From assembly GCA_963666215.2 (NCBI GenBank), contig CAXWPL010000001.1:384001-448000 (forward strand): a DNA stretch of 64,000 nucleotides, in the 5' to 3' direction. Source of the stretch: Acidobacteriota bacterium. GTDB taxonomy: Bacteria; Acidobacteriota; UBA890; WLXD01. Below, in pieces: positions 48,213 through 57,502 of this stretch; positions within the stretch are counted from its first letter, which is position 1, and every line of letters starts with the position of its first letter. The notes below the pieces were generated by a model. The model was given only the letters and a program-made list of their open reading frames with translations. It was not told where the DNA came from and ran no database searches. The translations under genes and the position numbers were made by a program.

Positions 48213-50861
48213 TTAGCCTCGCAAAGCGTCCGCCGGGTCGACCCGCGCGGCACGCCGCGCCGGCACGTAGGAAGCGAGTACCGCTACGGCGCCGAGCGTC
48301 GCGGCGGTAGCGGCATAGCTCGCCGGATCGAGCGGACTGACGGCGAATAGCATGCTTTCCACGAATCGGCCGAGCAACACGCCAGCGAGCAATCCGGCGC
48401 TTCCGCCGATGAGAGCCAGGCGAAGGCCGCTCGCAACCACGGACCTGACGATTCGGCCCTCGCTCTCGCCGAGCGCTTTGCGCACACCGATCTCGCGCGT
48501 TCTGCTGCGGACCGCGAAGGAGATCACCGCGAATACGCCAACGGCCGACAAGCCAAGCGCCAGCAAGCTGAACATGAGCAGCAGGCGGGAGTTGAAACGT
48601 GGTGCCGAAACAGTGCGAGCGAAGTAGCTATCGAGCGTGTTGACGCTCACCGTGGGCAGTTGCGGATCCACGTCGTGAACAATGTTCTGGAGCGCGGGTG
48701 CCAAGCTGTCGAACGACTCGGAGCTGCGCGCGATGAACGTCATCGAACGACCGAACCAGCCCCAGCCCTCGTTCGCTTGCAGAGACGACTGGTACATCTC
48801 AGGCTCCGGCTCAGACGCCGGGCCGAAGTGATGCACGTCGGCCACCACGCCCACGATCTCCGACCAGATCGGCTGCTCCTCGTCGTCCTTCTCGAAGGAT
48901 ATGCGCGCCCCAACAGCCTCGCGGTCGGGCCAGTACCGACGAGCCGCTGCTTCATTGACGACGAGCACGGGAACGCCGCGGCGACCCTCGCTTCGATCGA
49001 AGCCGCGCCCTCGAACCAGCGGGATCTCGAGCACGTCGAAGTACGACGGAGTCACCACGCGGTAGTGCGCGGCGGGACCACCGGCTCCGGCCTCGGGACC
49101 GCCCTCGATGGCGAACCCGGAGCGCATCGTGCTGCCCGACAGCGGCAGGTGTGACGTCCCGGCCGCCACCTCAACGCCTGGGAGGGCGGCGATTCGATCG
49201 AGTATCTCGTGCAGCGTCGTCGACGTGGACGTTGCGTCGGGAAAACGGTTGTCGGGCAGAGCAACGGTAACCGTCGCCGTGCCGCTGGTCCGCACCCCGA
49301 GATCGACGGCCGACAACGACGCTAGCGAACGCAGGAAAAGGCTGGCCCCGAGCATCAGAACCACCGCGAGCACGAACTCCGTGGCAACGAGTACGGCGCT
49401 GAAGCCACTGCGCCCGAAAGTTGCCACCGTGCGGGTGCCGGCGAGCTCCGCGATGCGAACAGACGCCGACGCCTGCAGCGTTGGCGCCAGTCCGGCGAGT
49501 AGCACGGAGCCAATACCCGTCGCGCACGCGAACGCCAGCACGCTGCCGTCGATGGTGATCTCGCCCGTTCGGGGCAACGAGGTTGGCAGAAAGCCACGCA
49601 GCAGATCGAGACCGGCGTAGGCGCAGCCGACACCAACGGCGGTGCCGAGCAATGCGACGAGCCCCGACTCCGTCAGGAGCTTGCGAACGATGCGACCGTA
49701 GCTCGCTCCCATGGCAGCGTGCATCGCCAGCTCGCCGCGGCGACTCGCGCTGCGTGCCAGCGTCAAGTTGGCGACGTTGGCGCAGGCAATCAGCAGCACC
49801 AGCCCTACCGCGCCGAACAGCATCAGCAAGGGCTGCGCGGCGCTGCCGACGACGAACTCCTTGAGGCCCTGTACGGCTACGCCGTAGCCCTCGTTGCTCG
49901 TCGGATACTCAATCTCGAGGCGCTCAGCGATGCCGGCCAGCTCGGCCTGGGCGGTGGCGAGCTCGATCCCCGTCGCCAAGCGACCGATCGCAAGAACGTT
50001 GTGTCGACCGCGGTACTCGAGCCAGCCGTCCGCCTCGAGCCGTATGGCTCTCCAGATCCGCCGTGCGAAGCCGACCCGGTCGAGCTCTGGGGGCATGACA
50101 CCGACCACGGTGTAGACGCCCTCCTCGAGAGTGATCGCGCGGCCGATCACGTTGGTGTCGGCGGCGTACATGTTTTGCCACAGCCCGTGCGACAGCCAGG
50201 CCGTACGCTCGGCGCCGTCCTGCTCGTCTGCCGAGGTCACGTCTCTACCGAGCGCTGGCTCCAGGCCCATGACGTCGAGAAAATTGGCCGATACTTCGCC
50301 ACCGTTGAGCGAAACTGGAATTTCAGGATCGAGCAGCGTGGGCTCCCAGAAGGAGACGATGGCGAGCTCCGAGAAGGCCTCGGTGCTATCTCGCCAGTCG
50401 GCGTAGTTCGCAGCCGCGGCGACGGTGCGGCTGCCGCTCGGCGAGACTTCCCAGACCATCGCCAGACGATCGGGCTCGGGAACCGGCAGCCCCTTCAAGA
50501 CGACGCCGTTCACGAGCGTGAACATGGCCGTGTTGACACCGATCCCGAGCGCCAACGTCACGACGGCCGCTGCCGCGTACCCGGGGTTGTGACGCAGGCC
50601 GCGCAGACCGTAGCGGATGTCGTGAACGAGTGACTCGAACCTGCTACCACGTCGGTGGTCTTCGCCGTGACGCCGGCGCCACGGCCTCCACATCAGCAGC
50701 AACACCACCTCAATCCAGTAGCGTCCCGCGGCGACGAGGGCACCGTGGCGCGCCAGCACGCGGCTGTGGAGCTCGTGCAGGTCCGCCTCGACGTCTCGGT
50801 GGCGCGCCGGCGGCATCACCGACCTGAGAAGGCGGTCGGCCAGCGCCGGCGGTCGCCTCAT
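48213..50861 (-). CDS. Acidobacterial duplicated orphan ABC permease (ADOP; MacB/FtsX x2)
   Basis: DIRYGLR..., TLALGIGVNTAMF, LLIACANVANL, RTREIGVRKALG, PARRAARVDP; ATGA overlap with PadR. Confidence 0.92.
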   Translation of the reverse strand: MRRPPALADRLLRSVMPPARHRDVEADLHELHSRVLARHGALVAAGRYWIEVVLLLMWRPWRRRHGEDHRRGSRFESLVHDIRYGLRGLRHNPGYAAAAVVTLALGIGVNTAMFTLVNGVVLKGLPVPEPDRLAMVWEVSPSGSRTVAAAANYADWRDSTEAFSELAIVSFWEPTLLDPEIPVSLNGGEVSANFLDVMGLEPALGRDVTSADEQDGAERTAWLSHGLWQNMYAADTNVIGRAITLEEGVYTVVGVMPPELDRVGFARRIWRAIRLEADGWLEYRGRHNVLAIGRLATGIELATAQAELAGIAERLEIEYPTSNEGYGVAVQGLKEFVVGSAAQPLLMLFGAVGLVLLIACANVANLTLARSASRRGELAMHAAMGASYGRIVRKLLTESGLVALLGTAVGVGCAYAGLDLLRGFLPTSLPRTGEITIDGSVLAFACATGIGSVLLAGLAPTLQASASVRIAELAGTRTVATFGRSGFSAVLVATEFVLAVVLMLGASLFLRSLASLSAVDLGVRTSGTATVTVALPDNRFPDATSTSTTLHEILDRIAALPGVEVAAGTSHLPLSGSTMRSGFAIEGGPEAGAGGPAAHYRVVTPSYFDVLEIPLVRGRGFDRSEGRRGVPVLVVNEAAARRYWPDREAVGARISFEKDDEEQPIWSEIVGVVADVHHFGPASEPEPEMYQSSLQANEGWGWFGRSMTFIARSSESFDSLAPALQNIVHDVDPQLPTVSVNTLDSYFARTVSAPRFNSRLLLMFSLLALGLSAVGVFAVISFAVRSRTREIGVRKALGESEGRIVRSVVASGLRLALIGGSAGLLAGVLLGRFVESMLFAVSPLDPASYAATAATLGAVAVLASYVPARRAARVDPADALRG

Positions 50862-51199
50862 GAGCCAGACCCAGGACGCTCGGACACCGCTTCGACACCC
50901 CGCCACATGCGCTCGCGCACTTGCCGGATGCCAGACAGAGCCAAGCTGCCGATGTCGGTGAGGGAGTAGCACCGTTTCGCGCGTCCACCACGCGCCGCCG
51001 TCGGCTCGAGAAGCCACGACTCCACGCAACGCTTGCGCTCCAGTCGATCGAGCGCGGCGTAGATCGCGCCGAGCGACGCCCCGCGTCCGGCCTGCTTGGC
51101 GAGCGTCTCCTGGATGTTCACCGTGTGCGCCTCCTCACCGAGCTGCGCCACCGCCAGCATCACGACCTCTTCGAACTCACCGATCTTGCTGCCCTTCAT
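50858..51199 (-). CDS. PadR family transcriptional regulator
   Basis: GEFEEVVMLAV, SLGAIYAALDRLERK, RGGRAKRCYSLT. Confidence 0.92.
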   Translation of the reverse strand: MKGSKIGEFEEVVMLAVAQLGEEAHTVNIQETLAKQAGRGASLGAIYAALDRLERKRCVESWLLEPTAARGGRAKRCYSLTDIGSLALSGIRQVRERMWRGVEAVSERPGSGS

Positions 51200-51298
51200 C
51201 AAGCCCCCCTCGCGCGGACGGCGCGATCCTCGCAGGCCGCACAGTCCATTCGATCGCTGAAGCGTTCCCTCTTGAGACGGCGCGCTGATCCACATGGT

Positions 51299-51330
51299 TT
51301 ATTTCTTGCATTCGCGAATATAGTAATTTC
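51299..51330. promoter_or_regulatory. AT-rich promoter/operator candidate upstream of padR
   Basis: Local AT island with perfect palindrome ATTCGCGAAT (51310-51319). Confidence 0.4.
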
Positions 51331-51539
51331 CGATGGCCCGTGTACGCAAAGCACGCTGGGTAAGCAAGGCTCGCAGGGCGCGATCTCAGGCCGCCGAAGC
51401 GATCGGCCCTCCACCCCTGGGTAGGCGCGCCGGGGCTCTTCGGTGGACCGTTCCGCGCATGCTACGTTTGCCACCTCCTTGCTTCATCGCCGCTTGGCGT
51501 CCAGCCGCACCCTGCCCTAGCCGCGACAAAAGACCAGAC

Positions 51540-51983
51540 ATGCCAATCAACCTGCAGAGCGTGATGATTCTCCTCGCGCTGCAGCTTCTGGTATTCGGGT
51601 GGCGGATCGCGCGCGAAGTCAACGGCCAGGAACCACACTCGTTCCCCTGGGTTCCGGTTCCCGACAACGTCAACGTGGCTTCGATGCTGGCCGTGCTCTA
51701 CGCCTGCGTCCTGGTACCCGTCAGAACCCTTTCCCCCATCGGCGAGTCATTTGTCCTCGCTCCCATCGGTCGAGCCGTGTTCGCCGCCGCGGCGCTGCTG
51801 ATTGTGGCGTACCCGTTGGTGGTTGCCGCGCACTACGGGCTCTGGAGTGGCACCGGTGGCGGAAGTGACGTCGCCGAGAAGACGGAACGACGCTACTGCA
51901 GCCGCGCTGAGGGCCTCGTGCAGCTGATCGCACTGCTAGCGACCGGGGCGGTCTTCTTCCAGGTACTGCAGAGCGGCTCCTAG
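51540..51983 (+). CDS. Hypothetical small membrane protein (about 4 TM)
   Basis: Four hydrophobic stretches from MPINLQSV; FGWRIAREV, YPLVVAAHYGL. Confidence 0.6.
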   Translation: MPINLQSVMILLALQLLVFGWRIAREVNGQEPHSFPWVPVPDNVNVASMLAVLYACVLVPVRTLSPIGESFVLAPIGRAVFAAAALLIVAYPLVVAAHYGLWSGTGGGSDVAEKTERRYCSRAEGLVQLIALLATGAVFFQVLQSGS

Positions 51984-52225
51984 TCGACGCGTAACGCGCG
52001 TGACGGTTCCAGGCGCGCGTTGCGTAAAGCCGGCAGCGCGCAAGCGGCTGTGCCCACAACGACCAGCACGAGAATTGAGGCGACGAAGGGAACCACGTCG
52101 AAGGCCGGAGTGCCGAACCCGGCAGCGAACATCCGGCCGAGGCCTACACCGGCGATGGAGCCCGTCGCTATCCCGACGACGACGAGCCGGAAGCGCCGCC
52201 AACCCGATCTCCCAGCGCCTGGCCT
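51980..52225 (-). pseudogene. C-terminal remnant of a FtsX/ADOP-type permease
   Basis: Manual translation RRWEIG / RFRLVVVGIATGSIAGVGLGRMF...DVVPFVASILVLVVVGTAACALPALRNARLEPSRALRVD*. Confidence 0.72.
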
Positions 52226-52293
52226 CTCGACTCGGCTACCGCCCCGATCGCCTCATCGACATTCTGTACTTGTCGTAGCGAACGGCGACTTCG

Positions 52294-55036
52294 TCAGTCT
52301 CCGGGTGGCGCGAGACGCTTCAGCTCCTCGAACCAGTTGAGCACGACCACCAAGTGTGGACGATTGGCGGCCTGCGGGCCGCTAGCGTCTGCCCGCTTGA
52401 TCATCAGCAGGCGCCCGGTCCGTGGATCGACGTCGTAGTCCTGTTGCGTGCCGAGGCTGCTGTAGTACCCGGTGTCATCGAAGAGCCGACGACGATCGAC
52501 CACCCGCGCCTCGTCCGCAGTCAGTTCGAGACGGGCCACCCACATCGCAGAGTCCGCCCTGTAGTAGACGGCGTCGTCGGTCGGCGACCAGCGAGGTAAC
52601 GTGCCGCCCCCCGAGGTGATCTGCCAACGGCTAGCGGCGCCATCACTACGGCGAACGTAGAGCTGGAAAAGACCGGCTTCGTTGGCGGCGTATGCTATCC
52701 AGCGACCATCTGGCGAATACGAAGGCGCATACTCGACCTCGTCGCCATTCGCGATGACCTCGCTTTCGCGGGTTCGGGCGTCGAGTCGGTGGATGTCGAA
52801 GTCTGCTGGCGTACGCACCAGCGACGCGAAGAGAATCGAGCTGCCGGCCCAGTCGGTGGGGTAGAGGGCCTCCGAGCTCGAATGCAGCAATCGGCCGCTC
52901 GAGCCGCCATCCACGTCCACCAAGTAGAGGTCGCGATCCTGAGCCCCCTCTCTGCCGCTGGAGAAGACGATCTGCCGGCCGTCCGGACTCCATACCGGCA
53001 TGAATGAGGGATTCTCGTTTGTCAGGCGGCGTGTCTCGCCGGTGGCGACATCGAGCAGGTGGATGCCGACGCCGCCCGCTTCGGTCGAGTAGGCGACCTG
53101 CCGACCATCAGGAGAGACGGTGGGCGAGAAGAGCGGCCCTTCGATCTGTCCCAGCCGCTCCTCGTCGCCCGCCTCGTCAACCCAGACAAGTGTGCGGCGA
53201 TCGTCGGGCGCAACGCCTCCGGGCCGAGGTCCGTACACCAGCGTGCCCTCCAACGACACCGATACCTGTCCGAAAAGCCGCATCGGTGAGCACCGCGGCC
53301 GCCTCGCCGGTGATCGTGGCCGTTTCGAGGTCGAAAGGCACCGCCAACAGGACATCTCGGTCGTCGAAGTACAGAAGATGTCCAGAGGGAACGTAGAAAC
53401 CATTCCGGGCTGGGGTGATCAGCTCGCGGTGTTCGCCAGGGTCAACAAGGGACCGAGCAATGAGCAGATCGGCGCGTATCGTCGACGCGGTTGGCTGGCG
53501 CCGAGCCGTGTAGAGCAACCAGCGAGCTCCCGGAAGCGGCTGCGGACTCGCGTGCACCACTTCTTCCTCGGTTCCGGCAACCAATGTCAGCTCGCCTCCC
53601 GAGGCATCGACCCGGAATAGCTGGCCCCAGCTCGCTATATAGATCATGTTGTCGTCGCCCCAACGAACGGCTTCTGCCGAGCGTGGGGTCCGGAGGATGG
53701 AAACCGGAGCGCCGCCATCCACGGGCGCACGGTGGAGCGCGTCGTTTGCGTAGTACGCGACTTGACGACTGTCCGGGGAGAAGGCCGGCGACTCAGCCCC
53801 GCTGCTACCCTCGATCGGAAAGGCCTCGAGCTCGCCCAATGCTCGCAACCAGAGGAGTCCTCCCGCGGTGTAGGCGATCCGTCGACCGTCCGGCGAGATC
53901 GCCACAGATCGACCTCTGCTGGACGACGGATCGAAGCCGTCGGGCATCAAGATCTGCAGGCGGGTGACCTCAGGCTCCTCCTCTCCTGCGCCGCCGGCGT
54001 ACATTCCCGCAGCAGCAGCAGCCAGGCCTACCAACAACATCAGCGGCACCACCGCGGCCCACGACAGGCCTCGCGTCGTCGGGATCGCACCCTGGCTCGC
54101 AGCCGCCGGAGCATGCCCCGCCGCGAGGTCGTCACGTAGCTGTCGCAGATCGACCACGAGATCGGCCGTCGCCTGGTACCGCTTGGCCACAGGCTTGGCC
54201 AGGCATTTCTTCAGGATGCGCTCGAGATCGAGCGGTACATCGGCGCGCCAGTCGGTAAGCGAGCGCGGTTCCTGGCGGATGATGGCGTGCAGCGTGTCGA
54301 GTACCGTCTCGCCGGCAAACGCACGCTGTCCTGCAACCATCTCGTACAGCACGCAACCGAACGCGAAGACGTCGGCGCGGTGATCCACCTCGCCCGCTTC
54401 AATCTGCTCGGGGGCCATGTAGCCGGCCGTGCCCATGATCTGCCCGGCCATCGTACCCACGACGGTCGGAGACATCGACACGTCGGGCGCAGCGCCCCCG
54501 AATTCGACCAGCTTGGCCAGGCCGAAATCGAGGATCTTGGCGTGGCCTTCGCTCGTCACGAAGATGTTGTCGGGCTTCAGGTCGCGGTGCACGATGCCCG
54601 CCGCATGCGCGCTCGCCAGCGCCTCGCCGATCTCGATGGCCAGGGTGAGCGCCTCCTCGATGGGCATCGATCCACTCTCGAGCCGCTCTTTCAGGCTGCA
54701 ACCATCGAGAAGCTCCTGAACCATGTAGTGAACACGCGTGTCGGCGTCGCCGCCGCCCGCCTCCTCGGCGTTCGTGCGCTCGCGCTGTGGCCCAACCGCC
54801 GTGGCCTCTCCCACGTCATGAACAACCGCGATGTGCGGGTGGTTCAGGGCGGCCGCCGCGCGCGCCTCCTGCGCGAAGCGCGCGAGCCGCTCGGGATCGG
54901 CAGCGAACTCCGACGGCAGCACCTTGATGGCTACCTTGCGACCGAGGCGAGTGTCGGTTGCGTCATAGACGGCGCCCATGCCGCCCTCGCCTAGCTTCCT
55001 GCCGATCTCGTACGGGCCTAGATGCGTGCCTTCCAT
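52294..55036 (-). pseudogene. Ser/Thr protein kinase + TM + TolB-like PD40 propeller, frameshifted near 53275
   Basis: LGEGGMG, VAIKVL, HRDLKPDN, DFGLAK, GTAGYMAPEQ; the propeller continues in another frame from FGQVSVSLEGTLVY to VVLNWFEELKR. Confidence 0.85.
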
Positions 55037-55256
55037 GGCCGCAGAGGCTATCGGCCCCACTCGCCGAAAGCCATCTCGACGCTCCGGCCGGCCGGCACTT
55101 ACGTCCGACGCCCATTCGTTGCCCTGCCGCGCGTCTTCGCGGCAGGCGTCGACGGCGTCGCGGGAGTAGACGCGACCTCGATCAGAATTCGACCGCGCAT
55201 GGCCGTCTGACTAGGACATCGATGTGCTCTGAGGCTCCGGGCCTCAAGTACTATCT

Positions 55257-55274
55257 GTTATCTTTTCGGATAAC
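55257..55274. promoter_or_regulatory. Inverted-repeat operator candidate before the toxin-antitoxin-like operon
   Basis: GTTATC-TTTTCG-GATAAC, ending 5 nt before ATG 55280. Confidence 0.55.
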
Positions 55275-55279
55275 GCCTG

Positions 55280-55474
55280 ATGTCGAGAGTGCGGCGCGGC
55301 GGATTCATCCTGTGGACGTCGGTGGCGGACCACGCACCCAAGCATGTGCATGTCTTCCGCGACGGCGCGCTGATCGTGAAGTGGGACCTGGAGCGGAATC
55401 GGGCCATGCAAGGCCGCGCAACGCGAAGGATCGTTCGACTCATCGACGAGCTGCGCGAGGAAGGGAAGCTATGA
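55280..55474 (+). CDS. DUF4160-like small basic protein (putative toxin)
   Basis: RRGGFI...DHAPKHVHVFRDG; 64 aa; ATGA overlap with the next gene. Confidence 0.7.
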   Translation: MSRVRRGGFILWTSVADHAPKHVHVFRDGALIVKWDLERNRAMQGRATRRIVRLIDELREEGKL

Positions 55475-55950
55475 AGACCCACAGGGTACGCCGGGTGGAG
55501 TTCAACAACCGGAGCAAGCTGTTTCGACTCCGGATCGCCGGGCGCGGCCGCGATTACGTCGTGCCGTACGGCACTGCGAAGGTCGAGAGCCTTGTCGAGT
55601 CGGTTGAGATCGATGCCGAGACCGGCGGCGCCGGGTTTCTCTGGACCGCGCGCGACGGAGTCTCGGGCGCGATGCTGGCTGACGAGGTGCTGTGGATCTA
55701 CCGGGACCCTCAGGTCCGGCAAGACCACCTGCTGTACGAGCTGACCGTCGAGGCGCTGCGTCGCAAGGAGGAGCAGGGGATTAGCATCCGTGCCCTCGCC
55801 GAGGTTCTGGCGACGTCGCCGGCACGTGTTCAGATGCTCCTTCGACCAACGATCTACAAGAACAAATCGATCAAAGCGATGGCAGCGCTGCTTTCGGCTC
55901 TCGGCGCGGACATCGACGTGCAGGTCATCGATCGAGACGCGATCGCGTAG
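55471..55950 (+). CDS. Putative antitoxin with C-terminal XRE-type HTH
   Basis: GISIRALAEVLATSPARVQMLLRPT...KSIKAMAALLSALG; translationally coupled to the upstream gene. Confidence 0.7.
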   Translation: MKTHRVRRVEFNNRSKLFRLRIAGRGRDYVVPYGTAKVESLVESVEIDAETGGAGFLWTARDGVSGAMLADEVLWIYRDPQVRQDHLLYELTVEALRRKEEQGISIRALAEVLATSPARVQMLLRPTIYKNKSIKAMAALLSALGADIDVQVIDRDAIA

Positions 55951-56032
55951 CCCGTTGGGTGCCTCGGGGGCTCGGCCTACTCGCGTTCCCCAGGGCCCAG
56001 ACTGCTACCCATGGTCGGTCGTTCGGTCGCGT

Positions 56033-56527
56033 TCAGTTGTCGGCGGTCGAGGGCGCACACTCATCCCGTAGTACTTCTAGCTCGGCGATGGCTTCAAGGT
56101 CCTTGGGTCGCCCGGCAGCACGCTTGACGTCGATCAGCGTTGGCAGATCCAGGCAACGGCAACGCATGCCGAACACCTCGATCTCGACAGTGCGTGGCAG
56201 CAAGTCTTGGTACGTGCCGCCGCCTGTGATCTCGCCGAGCAGATCGATATCGCCAAGATCCGTTGTCAAGGTGAAGTTGAGGCCGCGCTCGAGCGTCTCG
56301 CGGCTCCAGTCGAACGGGAGGCCTGGCGGAGCACCTCGCAAGTACGGCGACAGATCGCCGAGCCCCTCGACCAGCCTATCCATGGCATCGCGCTCGCGGA
56401 GATACACAACATCGAGGTCCTGCGTCAGACGGGTCCCGCCGTGGGCCACAGCCGCCACACCGCCGACGAGAATGAAGTCCGCGTCGGCGGCCTCGAGGGC
56501 TCGTAGCAAACCCTCGAAATCAGTCAT
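56033..56527 (-). CDS. Nucleotidyltransferase (DUF6036-like)
   Basis: FILVGGVAAVAHG..RLTQDLDV, LIDVKRAAGRPKDL. Confidence 0.8.
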   Translation of the reverse strand: MTDFEGLLRALEAADADFILVGGVAAVAHGGTRLTQDLDVVYLRERDAMDRLVEGLGDLSPYLRGAPPGLPFDWSRETLERGLNFTLTTDLGDIDLLGEITGGGTYQDLLPRTVEIEVFGMRCRCLDLPTLIDVKRAAGRPKDLEAIAELEVLRDECAPSTADN

Positions 56528-56724
56528 TCTTGCTCCGACAACCGAGCGCCGCCGCGACGGAGCTCGTCGGCGAAGCGCTGCAGCGCCACGAGGTTGCGCA
56601 GACGCTCGTCTGGCGTCCGCCGCAAATTGGCGCGCAGCAACGTCCGATCGACGCCAGGCTTATAGGCCTCGACCACCGGGTCCAGCGGCGGAGCGGGCGA
56701 TGGGCGTTCTCGAGACTGACTCAT
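56524..56724 (-). CDS. Small partner protein of the nucleotidyltransferase (putative antitoxin)
   Basis: 66 aa, GVDRTLLRANLRRTPDERLR; ATGA overlap with the NTase. Confidence 0.7.
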   Translation of the reverse strand: MSQSRERPSPAPPLDPVVEAYKPGVDRTLLRANLRRTPDERLRNLVALQRFADELRRGGARLSEQE

Positions 56725-56881
56725 CGGTCGATTGTACTTGCGTGCACCTACCCTCGGGGAACATCCGGGCAGAACGAGGCGCCGACGGCTCCTTCAGGCG
56801 ACTCCCCTACCCGGGTCCACTAGGAACGGCAGTTCCCGCAATCGTTGCGCCGGGAACCCGGCGTGGATAGCCTTGGCGACC

Positions 56882-57163
56882 ATGCTTTGAACCCGGCTGG
56901 GCCCCTACGAGATCCTCGAGCAGCTCGGCGCGGGCGGCATGAGCGAGGTGTGGCTTGCCGAAGAGACCCGCTCGGGCCGCAAGGTGGCGATCAAGGTGCT
57001 GCCAGCCGAATTTGCCTCCGACGCCGAGCGCCTCGCCCGGTTTGATCAAGAAGCCCGGGCCGCGGCGGCGCTCAACCACCCACACATCGCCGCCGTGTTC
57101 GACGTGGGCGTCGAAGGCACCACCCACTACATGGTGCAGGAGTACCTCCAGGGCGAGACCTTG
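56882..57163 (+). pseudogene. N-terminal Ser/Thr kinase fragment (stop at codon 3)
   Basis: [23 protein letters not shown]...VAIKVLP...ALNHPHI...[11 protein letters not shown]. Confidence 0.85.
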
Positions 57164-57276
57164 ATGGCGACCTTGCGGTCCAGACGCGTGTCCCGGGCGA
57201 GGTAAACCTCACCCATCCCGCCAGCGCCGAGCTTGCTCTGGATCTCGTAGGGGCCGAGTCGAGTTCCCGATTCCAT
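57157..57276 (-). pseudogene. Second N-terminal Ser/Thr kinase fragment, convergent with the first
   Basis: Manual translation [40 protein letters not shown]. Confidence 0.85.
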
Positions 57277-57502
57277 GGGCCGGAAGCCTATGTGCTCAGG
57301 CCTCCCATCACCAATTGCGGCGCCTAGCCCGAGAGCAACTTCCTATACCCCGACTCGCACGGCTCAACCTGTCGGAGATTCAATTCGTCACACCGAAGGC
57401 GGTGCCAGCGGTCGGCTGTTGATCACACCACAGTTGCGACGGATCTCCATTCGAAGGATTCTGTTGCTCGTTGCGATCCCATGTCATTGAAGGAGACGCC
57501 CC

